From Thermoplasmata archaeon (GTDB lineage: Archaea > Thermoplasmatota > Thermoplasmata > Lutacidiplasmatales > UBA184), in the NCBI GenBank assembly GCA_022749895.1, contig JAKIWS010000004.1, positions 6,195-70,194 of the forward strand: a stretch of DNA of 64,000 bases. Reading direction: 5' to 3'. Position 1 is the stretch's first letter. Each line of letters begins with the position of its first letter. Positions 17,578 to 27,661 of the stretch are shown piece by piece. The translations under genes and the position numbers were made by a program. The notes under the pieces were generated by a model. It was not told where the DNA came from and searched no databases. It was given only the letters and a program-made list of their open reading frames with translations.

Positions 17578-20097
17578 GTGGGTCCGACTCTGAGGAGGTG
17601 GGCGCTGCACCTCGCGCTCGTTGCGGTCCTTGGCCTCCTCCTTCTCCCGGTAGGGGGCCTCGCGGCGAGCTCCGGCCTACCCACCCCCCCCCGCCACGTT
17701 GACGTCACCCCGTCCGCCGCCCGGGCCGACCAGGCCGTCTCGTCCCCGGCGACCTCCTCGGTCCCGCGCACCCACCCTTCGCCGGCGATCACCGGCGCGT
17801 ACGACTGGGACCCTCAACCCCTCAACTTGTTCTCTCCGTTCCCCGTCGACCAGGTCGGTGGATTGGGGGCGGTCATGGCGGCGAGCGACCCTCTCCGGTC
17901 GGGCGTGATGTTCGGCGGTCAGGGCCTTCAGGGCCTCACCAACATCACGATCACCTTCAGTCAAGCCACGGGATTGTGGGACACGCGGCCGGTCGTCGGT
18001 GCGCCGACCCCGCGAGCGAATCTCTCGCTCGCGACGATGCCCGGCGGCAAGTTCGCCGTCGCCTTCGGCGGCGTTGTGAACCTCTCCACGGGGCGGTGCG
18101 ACAATCTGACGTTCGTCTTCGATTTCCGCAACCGTTCCTGGGTCAACCGGTCCGGCGCCATCGCGCCACCCCCGCGCGAAGGGGCGGCGTTCGCCGTCGA
18201 CGCGAGCCGCAATGTGGCGATCCTGGAGGGAGGGCGCGACCGCGACTACCGGGTGGGCGGTTCCGGGGCGTACGTGTTCTGGAACGACACATGGCTGCTC
18301 AACCTCTCCACCTTCCGATGGAGCCGGGCGTCCACGACCGTCGCCCCGCCCCCGATGTTCGGTAGCTCGATGGTCTGGGTTCCCCAGACCGACTCGTTCC
18401 TCTTGTTCGGCGGCTGTGCGACGTTCTGCACGAACCAATTGTACAATTACACGGTGGGGGGCACCTGGACCGCGGCCGTCCAGACCGGCGACATCCCGGC
18501 CCCCCGCGGGGCGGCCTCCGAGGCCTGGGTCTCGACGTGGAACATCACGATGCTCTCGGGAGGTTTCGTCTGGGGGAACAACACGTACGTTCCCCTCGGA
18601 GACACGTTCATCTTCACCCCGGCGATCCACCAGTGGGACATCGTCGGCAGCGCGGGAGGTCCCACCCCGCGCTTCGGTTCAGCCGCTGCGGCCCTCAACG
18701 CCAACCAGTGCCCGGGACTGTTCCTCGTCGGTGGGAGCACCGCCTGGTCGCCCCCCCCGGCCGACGGATGGTTCCTCGACCAGAACCCGGACATCGACTT
18801 CGGGTGCAACATCTGGGGGGGCGATGAGAGCGGGGGCAGCACCGGGGGCGGAGGCGTCGGCAATTGCCCCGTCGGGTCCAACACGAGCGCCCTGTCGGTC
18901 CGGGTGCTCGACCGGGCGACGGGTCTCGGGATCGTCGGGGCCAAAGTCAACATCACCGGCTACTGCAGCCTCCAACTGTTCACCACCGTCGGGGGTTACG
19001 CCAACTTCACGAACCTACCGAACGAGACGGTACGGATCCTGACGACGTTCCCGACCTACCACCTGAACGTCACCTACGCCCGACTCCCCGTTCCCACCAA
19101 TCGGCTCATCGTCGAGATGGATCGGTACCCCGCGCTGACGGTCCGAACGGTCGCGACGTACGCCAACCTGGGGGTCGTCGCGCTCCCCGGTATCCTCGTC
19201 CTGTTCCAGTCGACGTTGGGCCCCTCCGTCCTGGGCACCACCGACGCCAACGGCTACCTCCGCTTCCCCGTCTTCCAAGGAGCGGAGGGCCCGACGACGT
19301 TCACGGCCGCGGCCGCCGGCTACGCCAACGCCACCGCGGTCGGGGTCGTGCCGTTCACCGGGCGCGTCAATGTCACGATCGACCTCCTCTCGTACGGCGG
19401 ATTCGACGTTCACGTTCTTCGCGACCCGAACGGCCCGTCGATCGGCGGCGCCGGCGGAACGATCGTCCCGGTCGGGAACGCGGCGTTCGGGAGCCCGATC
19501 CCGTTCGTGACCGGCCCCAACGGGTGGTTCAACGTCTCCTTACCGCTCTCGAACTACACGGTCTTCGCCTCCGCCGCCGGGTTCCTGCCGAACCACACCG
19601 CGCTCCCGGTGGCGCACGGCTGGGTCAACGCAACGATCGTGCCGATTCCACTCTTGCTCCTCTACGGGGCGAACGTGAGCGTTCGCCTCGTGGACTCCGT
19701 GACCCATCTCCCGATCGCGGGTGGGAACGTCACGATCGGTTCCCGCCGACCGTCGGTCACCGGACCGCTCGGCTGGGCGAACTTCACGAACCTGAGACCG
19801 CCGGGGCGGGCGGAGATCCTCGGCCAGGCGGACGGGTACTTCAACAACTCCACGGCCGTCGATCTCGAGTACCGAGGCGCGTTCCCCGATGTCCGGCTCG
19901 ACCTGGTCCCGATGACCGGCTGCGCCCCGAACTGCCCTCCGCCCACCAACGGGACCCCGGCCGTCTCGCCGTTCCGGCTGCTTCCGTCCGGAGGGATCGC
20001 CCTCGAGCTGTTCTTCCTGGCGCCCGTCCTCCTCGCAGCCGCCGGCACGGCGTACGCGCTGTACCTCCGCCGGTCACCGTCCCCGCGTTCGATCTAG
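17578..20097 (+). CDS. Exported Kelch-repeat beta-propeller protein with carboxypeptidase-regulatory-like beta-sandwich repeats and a C-terminal TM anchor
   Basis: Signal peptide from GTG 17578 (GPTLRRWALHLALVAVLGLLLLPVGG). Repeated FGG...W / PPR.G motifs (Kelch). Repeats such as VRVLDRATGLGIVGAKVNITG...GYANFTNLP. C-terminal LFFLAPVLLAAAGTAYALYLRR. Many N-x-S/T sequons. Confidence 0.7.
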   Translation: MGPTLRRWALHLALVAVLGLLLLPVGGLAASSGLPTPPRHVDVTPSAARADQAVSSPATSSVPRTHPSPAITGAYDWDPQPLNLFSPFPVDQVGGLGAVMAASDPLRSGVMFGGQGLQGLTNITITFSQATGLWDTRPVVGAPTPRANLSLATMPGGKFAVAFGGVVNLSTGRCDNLTFVFDFRNRSWVNRSGAIAPPPREGAAFAVDASRNVAILEGGRDRDYRVGGSGAYVFWNDTWLLNLSTFRWSRASTTVAPPPMFGSSMVWVPQTDSFLLFGGCATFCTNQLYNYTVGGTWTAAVQTGDIPAPRGAASEAWVSTWNITMLSGGFVWGNNTYVPLGDTFIFTPAIHQWDIVGSAGGPTPRFGSAAAALNANQCPGLFLVGGSTAWSPPPADGWFLDQNPDIDFGCNIWGGDESGGSTGGGGVGNCPVGSNTSALSVRVLDRATGLGIVGAKVNITGYCSLQLFTTVGGYANFTNLPNETVRILTTFPTYHLNVTYARLPVPTNRLIVEMDRYPALTVRTVATYANLGVVALPGILVLFQSTLGPSVLGTTDANGYLRFPVFQGAEGPTTFTAAAAGYANATAVGVVPFTGRVNVTIDLLSYGGFDVHVLRDPNGPSIGGAGGTIVPVGNAAFGSPIPFVTGPNGWFNVSLPLSNYTVFASAAGFLPNHTALPVAHGWVNATIVPIPLLLLYGANVSVRLVDSVTHLPIAGGNVTIGSRRPSVTGPLGWANFTNLRPPGRAEILGQADGYFNNSTAVDLEYRGAFPDVRLDLVPMTGCAPNCPPPTNGTPAVSPFRLLPSGGIALELFFLAPVLLAAAGTAYALYLRRSPSPRSI

Positions 20098-20163
20098 GAC
20101 CTGGGGGGCGCGTCGTGCGAGCGTTCTCGGATGCCGGCGGCTCGAAGGGGTCCGAATGCGAGG

Positions 20164-20169
20164 TTTATA
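20164..20169 (+). promoter_or_regulatory. Archaeal TATA-box-like element (TTTATA) upstream of the MoxR operon
   Basis: GGTTTATAGACC is an AT island in otherwise GC-rich DNA. In-frame GTG 20182 and TTG 20194 lie 12-25 nt downstream (possible leaderless start), and ATG 20290 lies further on. Confidence 0.35.
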
Positions 20170-20289
20170 GACCGTGCGGGGGTGGGCGGCACCTTGGCCG
20201 CTCCTAAGCCCGACGCCCGGCCCGCCCGCGGCCGGGTCGCTGGATGGGTCCGTCGCCTCCTCCACCCGCGCCTCGTGATCCTGGAGACG

Positions 20290-20709
20290 ATGCGCCCGGT
20301 CGAGGTTCCGGTCCTGACCGAGACGAAGCGCCGGTGGGTCCAGGGCGAGCGAGAAGGGGCGATCCTGTACGCCTACGAGGCCGTCCTGGCCGACCTCCAG
20401 CGCGCCTACGGCGTCCGCTACCCCCCGGACTGGACGCACGACGACATCCTCGTCCACGGCGTCACGCCGGAGATGGAGCCGATCCTTCCGTTCGTGAAGG
20501 AGCTCCACGACCAGTACCTCCCGCTGCGGTACGGCGGCGTCGTCCCCGAAGGATTCCCCTCGCCCGAGCGGCTCGTCCAAAGCGTCTACTCGCAGCGGGC
20601 GATGTGGGCGCTGTACGTCGAGGGCATCCGCCACGACGACGCCCGCCGCCCCTCCGGCGCGGTGACCGCTTCGAGATCCTCCCCCGATCCGGCCGAGGTG
20701 GGCGCGTGA
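20290..20709 (+). CDS. Hypothetical protein, first gene of the MoxR operon (possibly DUF4129-like)
   Basis: Protein-like composition from MRPVEVPVLTETKRRW. The start could be as early as TTG 20194. Its stop overlaps the next start (GTGA 20706..20709). Confidence 0.45.
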   Translation: MRPVEVPVLTETKRRWVQGEREGAILYAYEAVLADLQRAYGVRYPPDWTHDDILVHGVTPEMEPILPFVKELHDQYLPLRYGGVVPEGFPSPERLVQSVYSQRAMWALYVEGIRHDDARRPSGAVTASRSSPDPAEVGA

Positions 20710-21230
20710 GCGGGGACGCGCTGAGCGCGCTCAGCAGCCTGTTTCGCGAACCGACCTTGGGGCTTCCCATCGCCCTGCTCGTGATCGCCCTCGCCCTCTG
20801 GCTCGCCTGGCCCAGCTCGGCCCGCCGGGCCCCGGCGCGGCGGGCCGGAGGCTGGTCGCCCCCGTCGACCGACCTGGTCTCCCAGACGTACTTCGCCCTC
20901 GCGAACGGGGAGTACTCCCGCGTCCTCGAGGAGGTCGACGACCGGTTCGCCGCTGCCGTCGAGCGCGGGCGCGGTCAACCGATCGACCGTTTGCCCCGCA
21001 CCCGCAGCGCGGGAGCCCGGCAGGGCATCTCGGACGCGGTCGAGCTGCGGCGGTGCCACCGCGAGCTCATCGGTCTCCGCGCGAGCGCCATCTCGCGCGA
21101 GAGCCGGTTCTTCGTCCGGTGGGCGTTCTGGCGCACCGAGGCGGACGACCGGAGCCGCTTCCTCCGCGCGATCGACCGCGAGATCGAGCGCGCCACATCC
21201 TGGATCCGCACCTTGGAGAACCATCGATGA
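20706..21230 (+). CDS. Single-pass membrane protein of the MoxR operon
   Basis: TM helix LGLPIALLVIALALWLAW followed by a helical Arg/Glu-rich domain. It is coupled on both sides by 4-nt overlaps. Confidence 0.45.
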   Translation: MSGDALSALSSLFREPTLGLPIALLVIALALWLAWPSSARRAPARRAGGWSPPSTDLVSQTYFALANGEYSRVLEEVDDRFAAAVERGRGQPIDRLPRTRSAGARQGISDAVELRRCHRELIGLRASAISRESRFFVRWAFWRTEADDRSRFLRAIDREIERATSWIRTLENHR

Positions 21231-22309
21231 CGATGCCGTCGAAACCGAACGCCGTGGCCCCCGCCGAACCTCTCCGCGCCCCGTCGCCCGCTCCGGCGGC
21301 CGCTCCCCCGGTCGCCCCGGCGGCGCGACCGCCGACGGTGGGGGGCGAGCTCACCCCTGAAGGGATGCTGGCGGCCCTGCAGTCGTCGGTCGGCGAGACG
21401 ATCGTAGGCCTGGGCGGCGTGATCCGTCTCCTCGCGGTCGCGCTCGTCGCGGAGGGCCACGTCCTGCTCGAGGGGGTCCCGGGCCTCGCCAAGACCCTGC
21501 TCGTTCGCCAGTTCGCGGCCACGCTCGCGCTGAGCTTCAAGCGGATCCAGTTCACGCCGGATATGCTGCCGTCCGACATCGTCGGGAACGTCATCCTCAA
21601 CCCCGCCGCCCAGAAGTACGAGTTCCGGCGCGGCCCGGTCTTTGCGAACGTGATCCTCGCCGACGAGATCAACCGGGCGCCCCCGAAGGTCCAGTCGGCC
21701 CTGCTCGAGGCGATGCAGGAGCGCCAGGTCACGGTGGACGGGATCACCTACCCGCTCCCCCGGCCGTTCATCGTCATCGCGACGCAGAACCCGGTCGAGC
21801 AGGAGGGCACCTACCCGCTCCCCGAGGCCGAGCTCGACCGGCTCCTGTTCCGCATCCTCCTCGGCTACCCCTCCGAGGCCGACGAGTTCGAGATCATGCG
21901 ACGGCACGGCTCCCGCATCGACGAGGTCGCGACCCCCGCGCCCCTCACCGCGGAGGTGCTGACGCGCTACCGGGACCGGTCGCTCGCCCTCGACGTCCGG
22001 GACGAGGTGCTGCGGTACATTGGTGCCGTCGTACGGGGGACGCGGGGCGACGCCCGGATCCTCATCGGCGCCTCCCCCCGGGCCAGCGTCCAGTTCGTTC
22101 GGGCCGCCAAGGCGAGTGCGCTGCTCGACGGCCGCACGTACGTCGCCCCGGAGGACGTGAAATCGCTCGCCTTCGAGGTGCTCAACCACCGGTTGCTCCT
22201 GCACCCCGAGACGATCACGCAGCAGTACGTCTCCGGACGCAGCGGTCTCGAACCCGTGCTCCGCGAGATCGTGGGCGACGCGCTCGGCAAGGCCGTGGTC
22301 CCCCGCTGA
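21227..22309 (+). CDS. MoxR-family AAA+ ATPase
   Basis: Walker A-like LLEGVPGLAKT, Walker B ILADEINRA, and QERQVTVDG...FIVIATQNP. Confidence 0.9.
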   Translation: MTMPSKPNAVAPAEPLRAPSPAPAAAPPVAPAARPPTVGGELTPEGMLAALQSSVGETIVGLGGVIRLLAVALVAEGHVLLEGVPGLAKTLLVRQFAATLALSFKRIQFTPDMLPSDIVGNVILNPAAQKYEFRRGPVFANVILADEINRAPPKVQSALLEAMQERQVTVDGITYPLPRPFIVIATQNPVEQEGTYPLPEAELDRLLFRILLGYPSEADEFEIMRRHGSRIDEVATPAPLTAEVLTRYRDRSLALDVRDEVLRYIGAVVRGTRGDARILIGASPRASVQFVRAAKASALLDGRTYVAPEDVKSLAFEVLNHRLLLHPETITQQYVSGRSGLEPVLREIVGDALGKAVVPR

Positions 22310-22349
22310 GCCGCCCGACGTCGACCTCTCCGAACGCACGAACGCGCCG

Positions 22350-23666
22350 ATGATCACGCGACGCGGCTGGGAAGCGGTCGCGGCGACCCTCGTCGCCCTG
22401 GTGCTCGCCCTGGTGACGGTGAACCCGCTGGTCGCGCTCGTCGCGGTCGCCGCCTTCGGGTTCGTCGCGACCGAGATGGTCGTCGCGGCGGTCCGGTTCC
22501 TTCGCCTCACCCCCGAGCAGTTCCACGTCGAACGGGCCGCGGGTTCGCGCCGGCTCCCGCAGGACGGCCAGGTCGAGGTCGCCGTCGCGATCCGGTGCTC
22601 CCCGACCACAGGATTCCAAGCGGACGTCTACGACGTCGTTCCCACCTCGTTCGACGTCGAGCGGGGCGCGGCCTCGCTCGCGACGTGGGTCCGGCCCGGC
22701 GATGTGATCCGCCTCGCCTATACGATCTGCCCCCGGGTCCGCGGCGCCTTCGTCCTCGGCCCGACCGTGATCGTCGCCGAGGACGCACTCGGGCTCGTCC
22801 GGCACCCGATTGTCCTCGACCGGGGGCGGCCGCTCATGATCGTGCCGTCGTCCGTGATGGGCCGGCTCGGCAAGCTCGGCGTCGCGCTGTTCACGCGGAT
22901 GCAGGCCGGGCTCTCGATCCGGCGGCGGGGGTTCGGCACCGAATTCCGGGCCTTGCGCGGCTACCAGCCGTCCGACGATATCCGGCACGTGGCGTGGAAA
23001 CGGTCGACGATCGACAACATCGTCGTGCGGGAGTTCGAGCAGGAGAGTCGGCAGGACTTCCTCCTCGTCCTCGACCTTTCTCCCCCGATGGAGGCCGGGC
23101 TCTGGGGCCGCAGCGCGCTCGATGCGAGCGTGGAAGCGGCCGGGCTCCTCGCGAGCCTGATCGCGCGCGGCGGCGAGGACCAGGTCGGGCTCCTCACCTA
23201 CGCGGGGGGCGTCCACCAGTTCCTCCGCCCCGGCCGGGGCAATCGCCACTTCCGACGGCTCGCGGACAACTTGGCCCTCGCGGAGCACCGGACCGGCCCG
23301 TGCGAGCTACCGCAGCTGTTCCTGGACACGACGCGGCGGCTCCGGATCGGGACGCATCTGTTCGTGTTCAGCGCTGCGAACGGCTCGCTTGAACGACTCC
23401 CGGCCGCCCACGCGAACCTCCGCGCGCACGGCCATCGGCCGTACCTGTTCCTGCCGGACCTCGCGCTGTTCTACCCGGGGGCCCCCGATCGGGGCGCGAC
23501 GCGGGCGTTCGCCTGGGCGCAGGACGAGGAACGTCGCGGCTTTCATCAGAAGCTGCTCGCCGCCCGGACGCAGGGGATACCGACCTTCACCTTCGATCGG
23601 CGCGGCGCGAGCGACCGCGTGATCTTCGCGTACACCCAGATCCGCGGCTGGGGGAGCGCGCGATGA
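22350..23666 (+). CDS. DUF58 (vWA-like) protein, partner of MoxR
   Basis: Two N-terminal TMs, then the signature RGYQPSDDIRHVAWKRS and FLLVLDLSPPM (degenerate MIDAS-like). Confidence 0.85.
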   Translation: MITRRGWEAVAATLVALVLALVTVNPLVALVAVAAFGFVATEMVVAAVRFLRLTPEQFHVERAAGSRRLPQDGQVEVAVAIRCSPTTGFQADVYDVVPTSFDVERGAASLATWVRPGDVIRLAYTICPRVRGAFVLGPTVIVAEDALGLVRHPIVLDRGRPLMIVPSSVMGRLGKLGVALFTRMQAGLSIRRRGFGTEFRALRGYQPSDDIRHVAWKRSTIDNIVVREFEQESRQDFLLVLDLSPPMEAGLWGRSALDASVEAAGLLASLIARGGEDQVGLLTYAGGVHQFLRPGRGNRHFRRLADNLALAEHRTGPCELPQLFLDTTRRLRIGTHLFVFSAANGSLERLPAAHANLRAHGHRPYLFLPDLALFYPGAPDRGATRAFAWAQDEERRGFHQKLLAARTQGIPTFTFDRRGASDRVIFAYTQIRGWGSAR

Positions 23667-24652
23667 TCGGCCGGGTGATCCGGACCGGTACGATCGCGCC
23701 GCTGTTCCTCTACGGGATGGCGCTGCTCGCTTTCGGCATCCGACCGCTCTCCGCCGCCACCGTGGGTCTCGCCATCGTCATCGGTCTCCCCGCCGTCGCG
23801 GTCGTCCGCCCGAATCTGCTCGCGCCGATGGTCGGACTCTCGGCGCTCATGATGGGATTCGTGGGGGCGATCACCGTGCTCACGTCGGGTCCGCCAACGG
23901 GACTCGGAGCGGAGCTCGTCGTCGCGCTCCTCCTCGGCCTCTTCCCGTGGTTGCTCGGCGTCTCGGTGGTTCTGGGCGACCGCCCGGGCGTCGGGCTGTT
24001 GGGACTTACCGTGGGCCTCATCGAGATCGTGTCGATCGGCGCGGCCGTACCGGCGTCCTTCGGTCGGAGCCTCGGGCCCGACGGCTTCGTCGTCCGCTGG
24101 TACAGCGCGGGGGGCCGGCAGTTCGACCTCTTGGGTCAGATCCTCGCCGGCAAAGGTCTTCGGTCGACCGGACCGTTTCCGTACCAGTCCGTCATCGCCC
24201 CGCTCCTGGTCGGTCTCGCCATCCTCGCGCTCGCCGGACTCCTCCTTCCGTGGCTGCGTTCCTCCCCGGTGGGGATCCGGGCCCCCGGTGCCGTTCCCCG
24301 ACGCGACATGGCGGCGCCGACGCGGACCGTACCCTGGCCGCTGAACCGCGGCGCTCGCGCCCCGGTCACCCGGCCCGTCCCGGGCCCCGGCGCAGGCCTG
24401 GCGCCGATCGTCGGAGCGCTCCTCGCCACCGGAGGGTTCGCGGCGGCGGCCGCGCTGGCCCCCGTCTACGCCTTCCTCCTCGCGGCCGCGGGAGCGACCT
24501 TCGTCATCGTGCTGCTGATCACGCTCAGCTTCGGAGCGCGCTTCCGTCGCGGGCGCGGGACTCCGCCGATCCCGGCGCCGCGCCGGAGAGCGCTCAGCGT
24601 GCCGTTCGACGAGCGAGCCGTCGTGCCCGCTCAACCACGTGCTCCACCGTGA
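23663..24652 (+). CDS. Polytopic membrane protein, last gene of the MoxR/DUF58 operon
   Basis: At least 6 hydrophobic segments. ATGA overlap with DUF58. The low-complexity C-terminal tail overlaps the 3' end of convergent tkt by 59 nt, so the true stop is uncertain. Confidence 0.5.
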   Translation: MIGRVIRTGTIAPLFLYGMALLAFGIRPLSAATVGLAIVIGLPAVAVVRPNLLAPMVGLSALMMGFVGAITVLTSGPPTGLGAELVVALLLGLFPWLLGVSVVLGDRPGVGLLGLTVGLIEIVSIGAAVPASFGRSLGPDGFVVRWYSAGGRQFDLLGQILAGKGLRSTGPFPYQSVIAPLLVGLAILALAGLLLPWLRSSPVGIRAPGAVPRRDMAAPTRTVPWPLNRGARAPVTRPVPGPGAGLAPIVGALLATGGFAAAAALAPVYAFLLAAAGATFVIVLLITLSFGARFRRGRGTPPIPAPRRRALSVPFDERAVVPAQPRAPP

Positions 24653-26633
24653 AACCCAGGTTCGCGAGGACCACGTCGCCGGGAGCGGACGCACCGAAAC
24701 GGTCGAGCCCGATCACGTCGCCGGACGACCCGACGTACTTCCACCACCCCGCGGTGGCGCCGGCCTCGACCGCGAGCTTCGGGGTCGCCGGGGGAAGGGT
24801 CGCGGCCCGGTACTCCTCCGTTTGCTCGTCGAAGATCGTCGTCGACGGCATCGACACCACCCGCGCAGCGACACCCTCGCCGGCCAGCAGGGCGGCGGCG
24901 CGCGTGGCGAGCGCGAGCTCGGACCCGGTGGCGATCAACGTGACGTCGGGAGGCGCGCGGTGGGATTCCACGAGCACGTAGCCGCCCCGCTCGACCCCGC
25001 GCTGCAGCCGTTCCGCGGGCAGGTCGAGCGTCGGGAGCTTCTGCCGCGTGAGCACGAGCGCGACCGGGCCGGAGCGGGTCAGCGCGACGCGGTACGCTCC
25101 AACGGTCTCGTTCGCGTCGCCGGGACGGATCACCGTCATCCCCGGCATCACGCGCAGGCTCCACAGGTGCTCGACCGGCTGGTGCGTCGGGCCGTCCTCG
25201 CCGAGGCCGATCGAGTCGTGGGTGTAGATGTGGAGCGCCTTCGCCCGCATCAGGGCACCGATCCTCAGGCCGGGGCGCGCGTAGTCCGCGAAGCAGAAGA
25301 ACGTCGCCGAGAACGGTACGATGCCCCCGTGCATCGCGAGGCCGTTCACGATCGACGTCATGGCGTGCTCCCGGACCCCGAAGTGGAGATTCCGACCGTT
25401 GCCGCCGTCGAGGCCGAAGTCACCGGCTCCCGTGAGGTAGGTTTTCGTGGAGGGGTTCAGGTCGGCCGAACCCCCCATCAACGTCGGGATCCGCCCCGCG
25501 AGCACGTTGAGGACCTTGCTGGAGGCGTCCCGGGTGGCGACGGGCCCGTCCTTCGCCGCGAACATCGGCAGGTCGGCGTCCCACCCGCTCGGCAGGGATC
25601 CCGCGAGCGCGGCGTCGAACTCGGCCGCGAGCTTCGGGTCGGCCGCCCGGAGCGCCGCGCGGCGGGACGCCCAGGCCCGGACCCATTCGTCCCCGCGCGG
25701 GATCGCGGCGGCGAACGCCGTGCGCGCCGGCTCCGGGACGAGGAACGTCGGGGCGAGGGGCCATCCGAGCTTGGTCTTGGTCGCCTCGGTCCCGGCGGCC
25801 CCCAGCGGTTCGCCGTGGGCCTCCCGCGTATCCTGGACCGGACTACCGTATCCCAGGTGCGTCCGGACACTGATGAGGGAGGGGCGCTCGGATTGTCCGA
25901 CCGCTGAAGCGAGCGCGGCATCGATCGCCGCGAGGTCGTTGCCGTCCTCGACCCGGAGGACGTTCCAGCCGTAGGCGCGGAAGCGGGCCACGGCATCCTC
26001 GGTGAAGGCGAGGTTCGTCCCCCCCTCGAGGGAGACGTGGTTGTCGTCGTACAGGTAGACGAGCTTGCCGAGCGCGATCCGGCCCGCCAGCGACGCTGCC
26101 TCGGACGAGATGCCCTCCATGAGGTCGCCGTCGGAGACGATCCCGTACGTCCGGTGGTCAACGACGACCGCATCGGGTCGGTTGAAGCGCGCGGCGAGGA
26201 ACCGCTCCGCGATCGCGAGGCCCACCCCCATCGCGAATCCCTGGCCGAGGGGGCCGGTCGTGACCTCGACGCCCGGGGTGTGGCCGACCTCCGGGTGCCC
26301 CGGCGTCCGGCTCCCCCACTGCCGGAACCGCTGGAGCTCCTCCAAGGGTAGGTCGTACCCGGTCACGTGGAGGAGCGCGTAGAGGAGGGCCGAGCCGTGC
26401 CCGGCCGAGAGGACGAACCGGTCCCGGTCCGGCCAGCTGGGCTCGCGGGGGTGATGCCGGAGATAGCGCGTCCACAGCACGTACGCCATCGGCGCCGCCC
26501 CGAGGGGAAGTCCGGGGTGGCCGGATTTCGCCCGCTCGACCATGTCGACGGAGAGGAATCGCAACGTGTTGATGCACAGATGATCGAGGTCCGGCGTCGA
26601 CCCCGGCGTCGGAATCGCTGACAATCCGGTCAC
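24594..26633 (-). CDS. tkt: Transketolase, full-length single polypeptide (679 aa)
   Basis: SGHPG, GHGS, GPLGQG and SDGDLMEG (TPP-binding) motifs, plus pyrimidine-binding and C-terminal domains. The GTG start overlaps the glucokinase stop (GTGA 26630..26633). Confidence 0.9.
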   Translation of the reverse strand: MTGLSAIPTPGSTPDLDHLCINTLRFLSVDMVERAKSGHPGLPLGAAPMAYVLWTRYLRHHPREPSWPDRDRFVLSAGHGSALLYALLHVTGYDLPLEELQRFRQWGSRTPGHPEVGHTPGVEVTTGPLGQGFAMGVGLAIAERFLAARFNRPDAVVVDHRTYGIVSDGDLMEGISSEAASLAGRIALGKLVYLYDDNHVSLEGGTNLAFTEDAVARFRAYGWNVLRVEDGNDLAAIDAALASAVGQSERPSLISVRTHLGYGSPVQDTREAHGEPLGAAGTEATKTKLGWPLAPTFLVPEPARTAFAAAIPRGDEWVRAWASRRAALRAADPKLAAEFDAALAGSLPSGWDADLPMFAAKDGPVATRDASSKVLNVLAGRIPTLMGGSADLNPSTKTYLTGAGDFGLDGGNGRNLHFGVREHAMTSIVNGLAMHGGIVPFSATFFCFADYARPGLRIGALMRAKALHIYTHDSIGLGEDGPTHQPVEHLWSLRVMPGMTVIRPGDANETVGAYRVALTRSGPVALVLTRQKLPTLDLPAERLQRGVERGGYVLVESHRAPPDVTLIATGSELALATRAAALLAGEGVAARVVSMPSTTIFDEQTEEYRAATLPPATPKLAVEAGATAGWWKYVGSSGDVIGLDRFGASAPGDVVLANLGFTVEHVVERARRLARRTAR

Positions 26634-27661
26634 TCTCCGCTGTGCGCGACGGGAGACGGCGCGAGCTTGCGGCGGGCGCTTAAGGATGCTCCCACGACGA
26701 CGGATTCGTTCCCGAGCGCCGCCGGAACGACCCGCACCTCGTGCGCCGCCGGGGGCTGCGCGAGCCGTCGCACGGCCCGGTCCCCGAGGCCCACCCAGTG
26801 CGGCGAGTGGTCGAGGATGCCGCCGCCGAGGATCACCCGGTGGGGATTGAAGGCGTTGACGAACCCGATCAGTCCGTCCGCGAGGAACCGCGCGGAGTCC
26901 CGGTCGATCGCCAGGGCCAACGGGTCTCGGTGGCGACGGGCCTCGCTCACGGTCGCGGCCGTGATCCGAGAGGCTCGCCCGGCGATCTCGGCCATCGCCT
27001 TGCCCGCGGGAGGATCGTTGCGAACGGCTTCCTGCGCGCGCTGCGCGATCGCCCATCCCCCCACGTACGCCTCGACGCATCCGCGGCTCGGGCAGTGGCA
27101 TTTCCGCCCTCCCGCGACGAGCGTCATGTGCCCGAGCTCTCCCGCCGCGTTGCTCGCGCCCTCGAGGAGCCGACCGCCGCTGACGACGCCGCCACCCACG
27201 CCGGTGCCAACGAAGACGCCGACGATATCGTCCGAACCGCGGCCCGCTCCATGGACCCATTCGGCAAGGGTTGCGGCCCGGACGTCGTTCACGACCGTCA
27301 CCGGGATCCGGAGCGATCGGGCGAGGCGCGGCCCCAGCGGGTATCCCCGCCACCGCAGATTCGGTGCGTAGTGGACGATGCCGGAGCCGCCGTCGACCTG
27401 CCCGGCGACGCCGATGCCGGCGGCGACGGGGCGTTCGGTCGTGTCATCGAAGGTCGCCTGCGCGCACGCCACGATGTCCTCCAGAACGGCCGCGGGGCCG
27501 AGCTTGGCGCGGACGAGCCGGCGGGAGGGGCCGTGGAGGCGGCCGTCCCCGTCGACGACTGCCGTCGCGACCTTCGTCCCCCCGAGGTCGATCCCGAGGA
27601 CGGGGGCCCACGCGGGGAGTTTCGCGCGAGCCGAGGAGGCGCCGGTCGTCGCCGGCGTCAC
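26630..27661 (-). CDS. ROK-family glucokinase
   Basis: [24 protein letters not shown], and the ROK zinc motif GHM...[10 protein letters not shown]. The GTG start overlaps the GH15 stop (GTGA 27658..27661). Confidence 0.85.
   Translation of the reverse strand: MTPATTGASSARAKLPAWAPVLGIDLGGTKVATAVVDGDGRLHGPSRRLVRAKLGPAAVLEDIVACAQATFDDTTERPVAAGIGVAGQVDGGSGIVHYAPNLRWRGYPLGPRLARSLRIPVTVVNDVRAATLAEWVHGAGRGSDDIVGVFVGTGVGGGVVSGGRLLEGASNAAGELGHMTLVAGGRKCHCPSRGCVEAYVGGWAIAQRAQEAVRNDPPAGKAMAEIAGRASRITAATVSEARRHRDPLALAIDRDSARFLADGLIGFVNAFNPHRVILGGGILDHSPHWVGLGDRAVRRLAQPPAAHEVRVVPAALGNESVVVGASLSARRKLAPSPVAHSGE

Noticed and set aside
24594-24652. 59-nt 3'-3' overlap between the MoxR-operon membrane protein and tkt.
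   Set aside because: The overlapping tail of the membrane ORF is low-complexity Pro/Arg sequence. This is most likely an over-extended ORF end rather than a functional antisense overlap.
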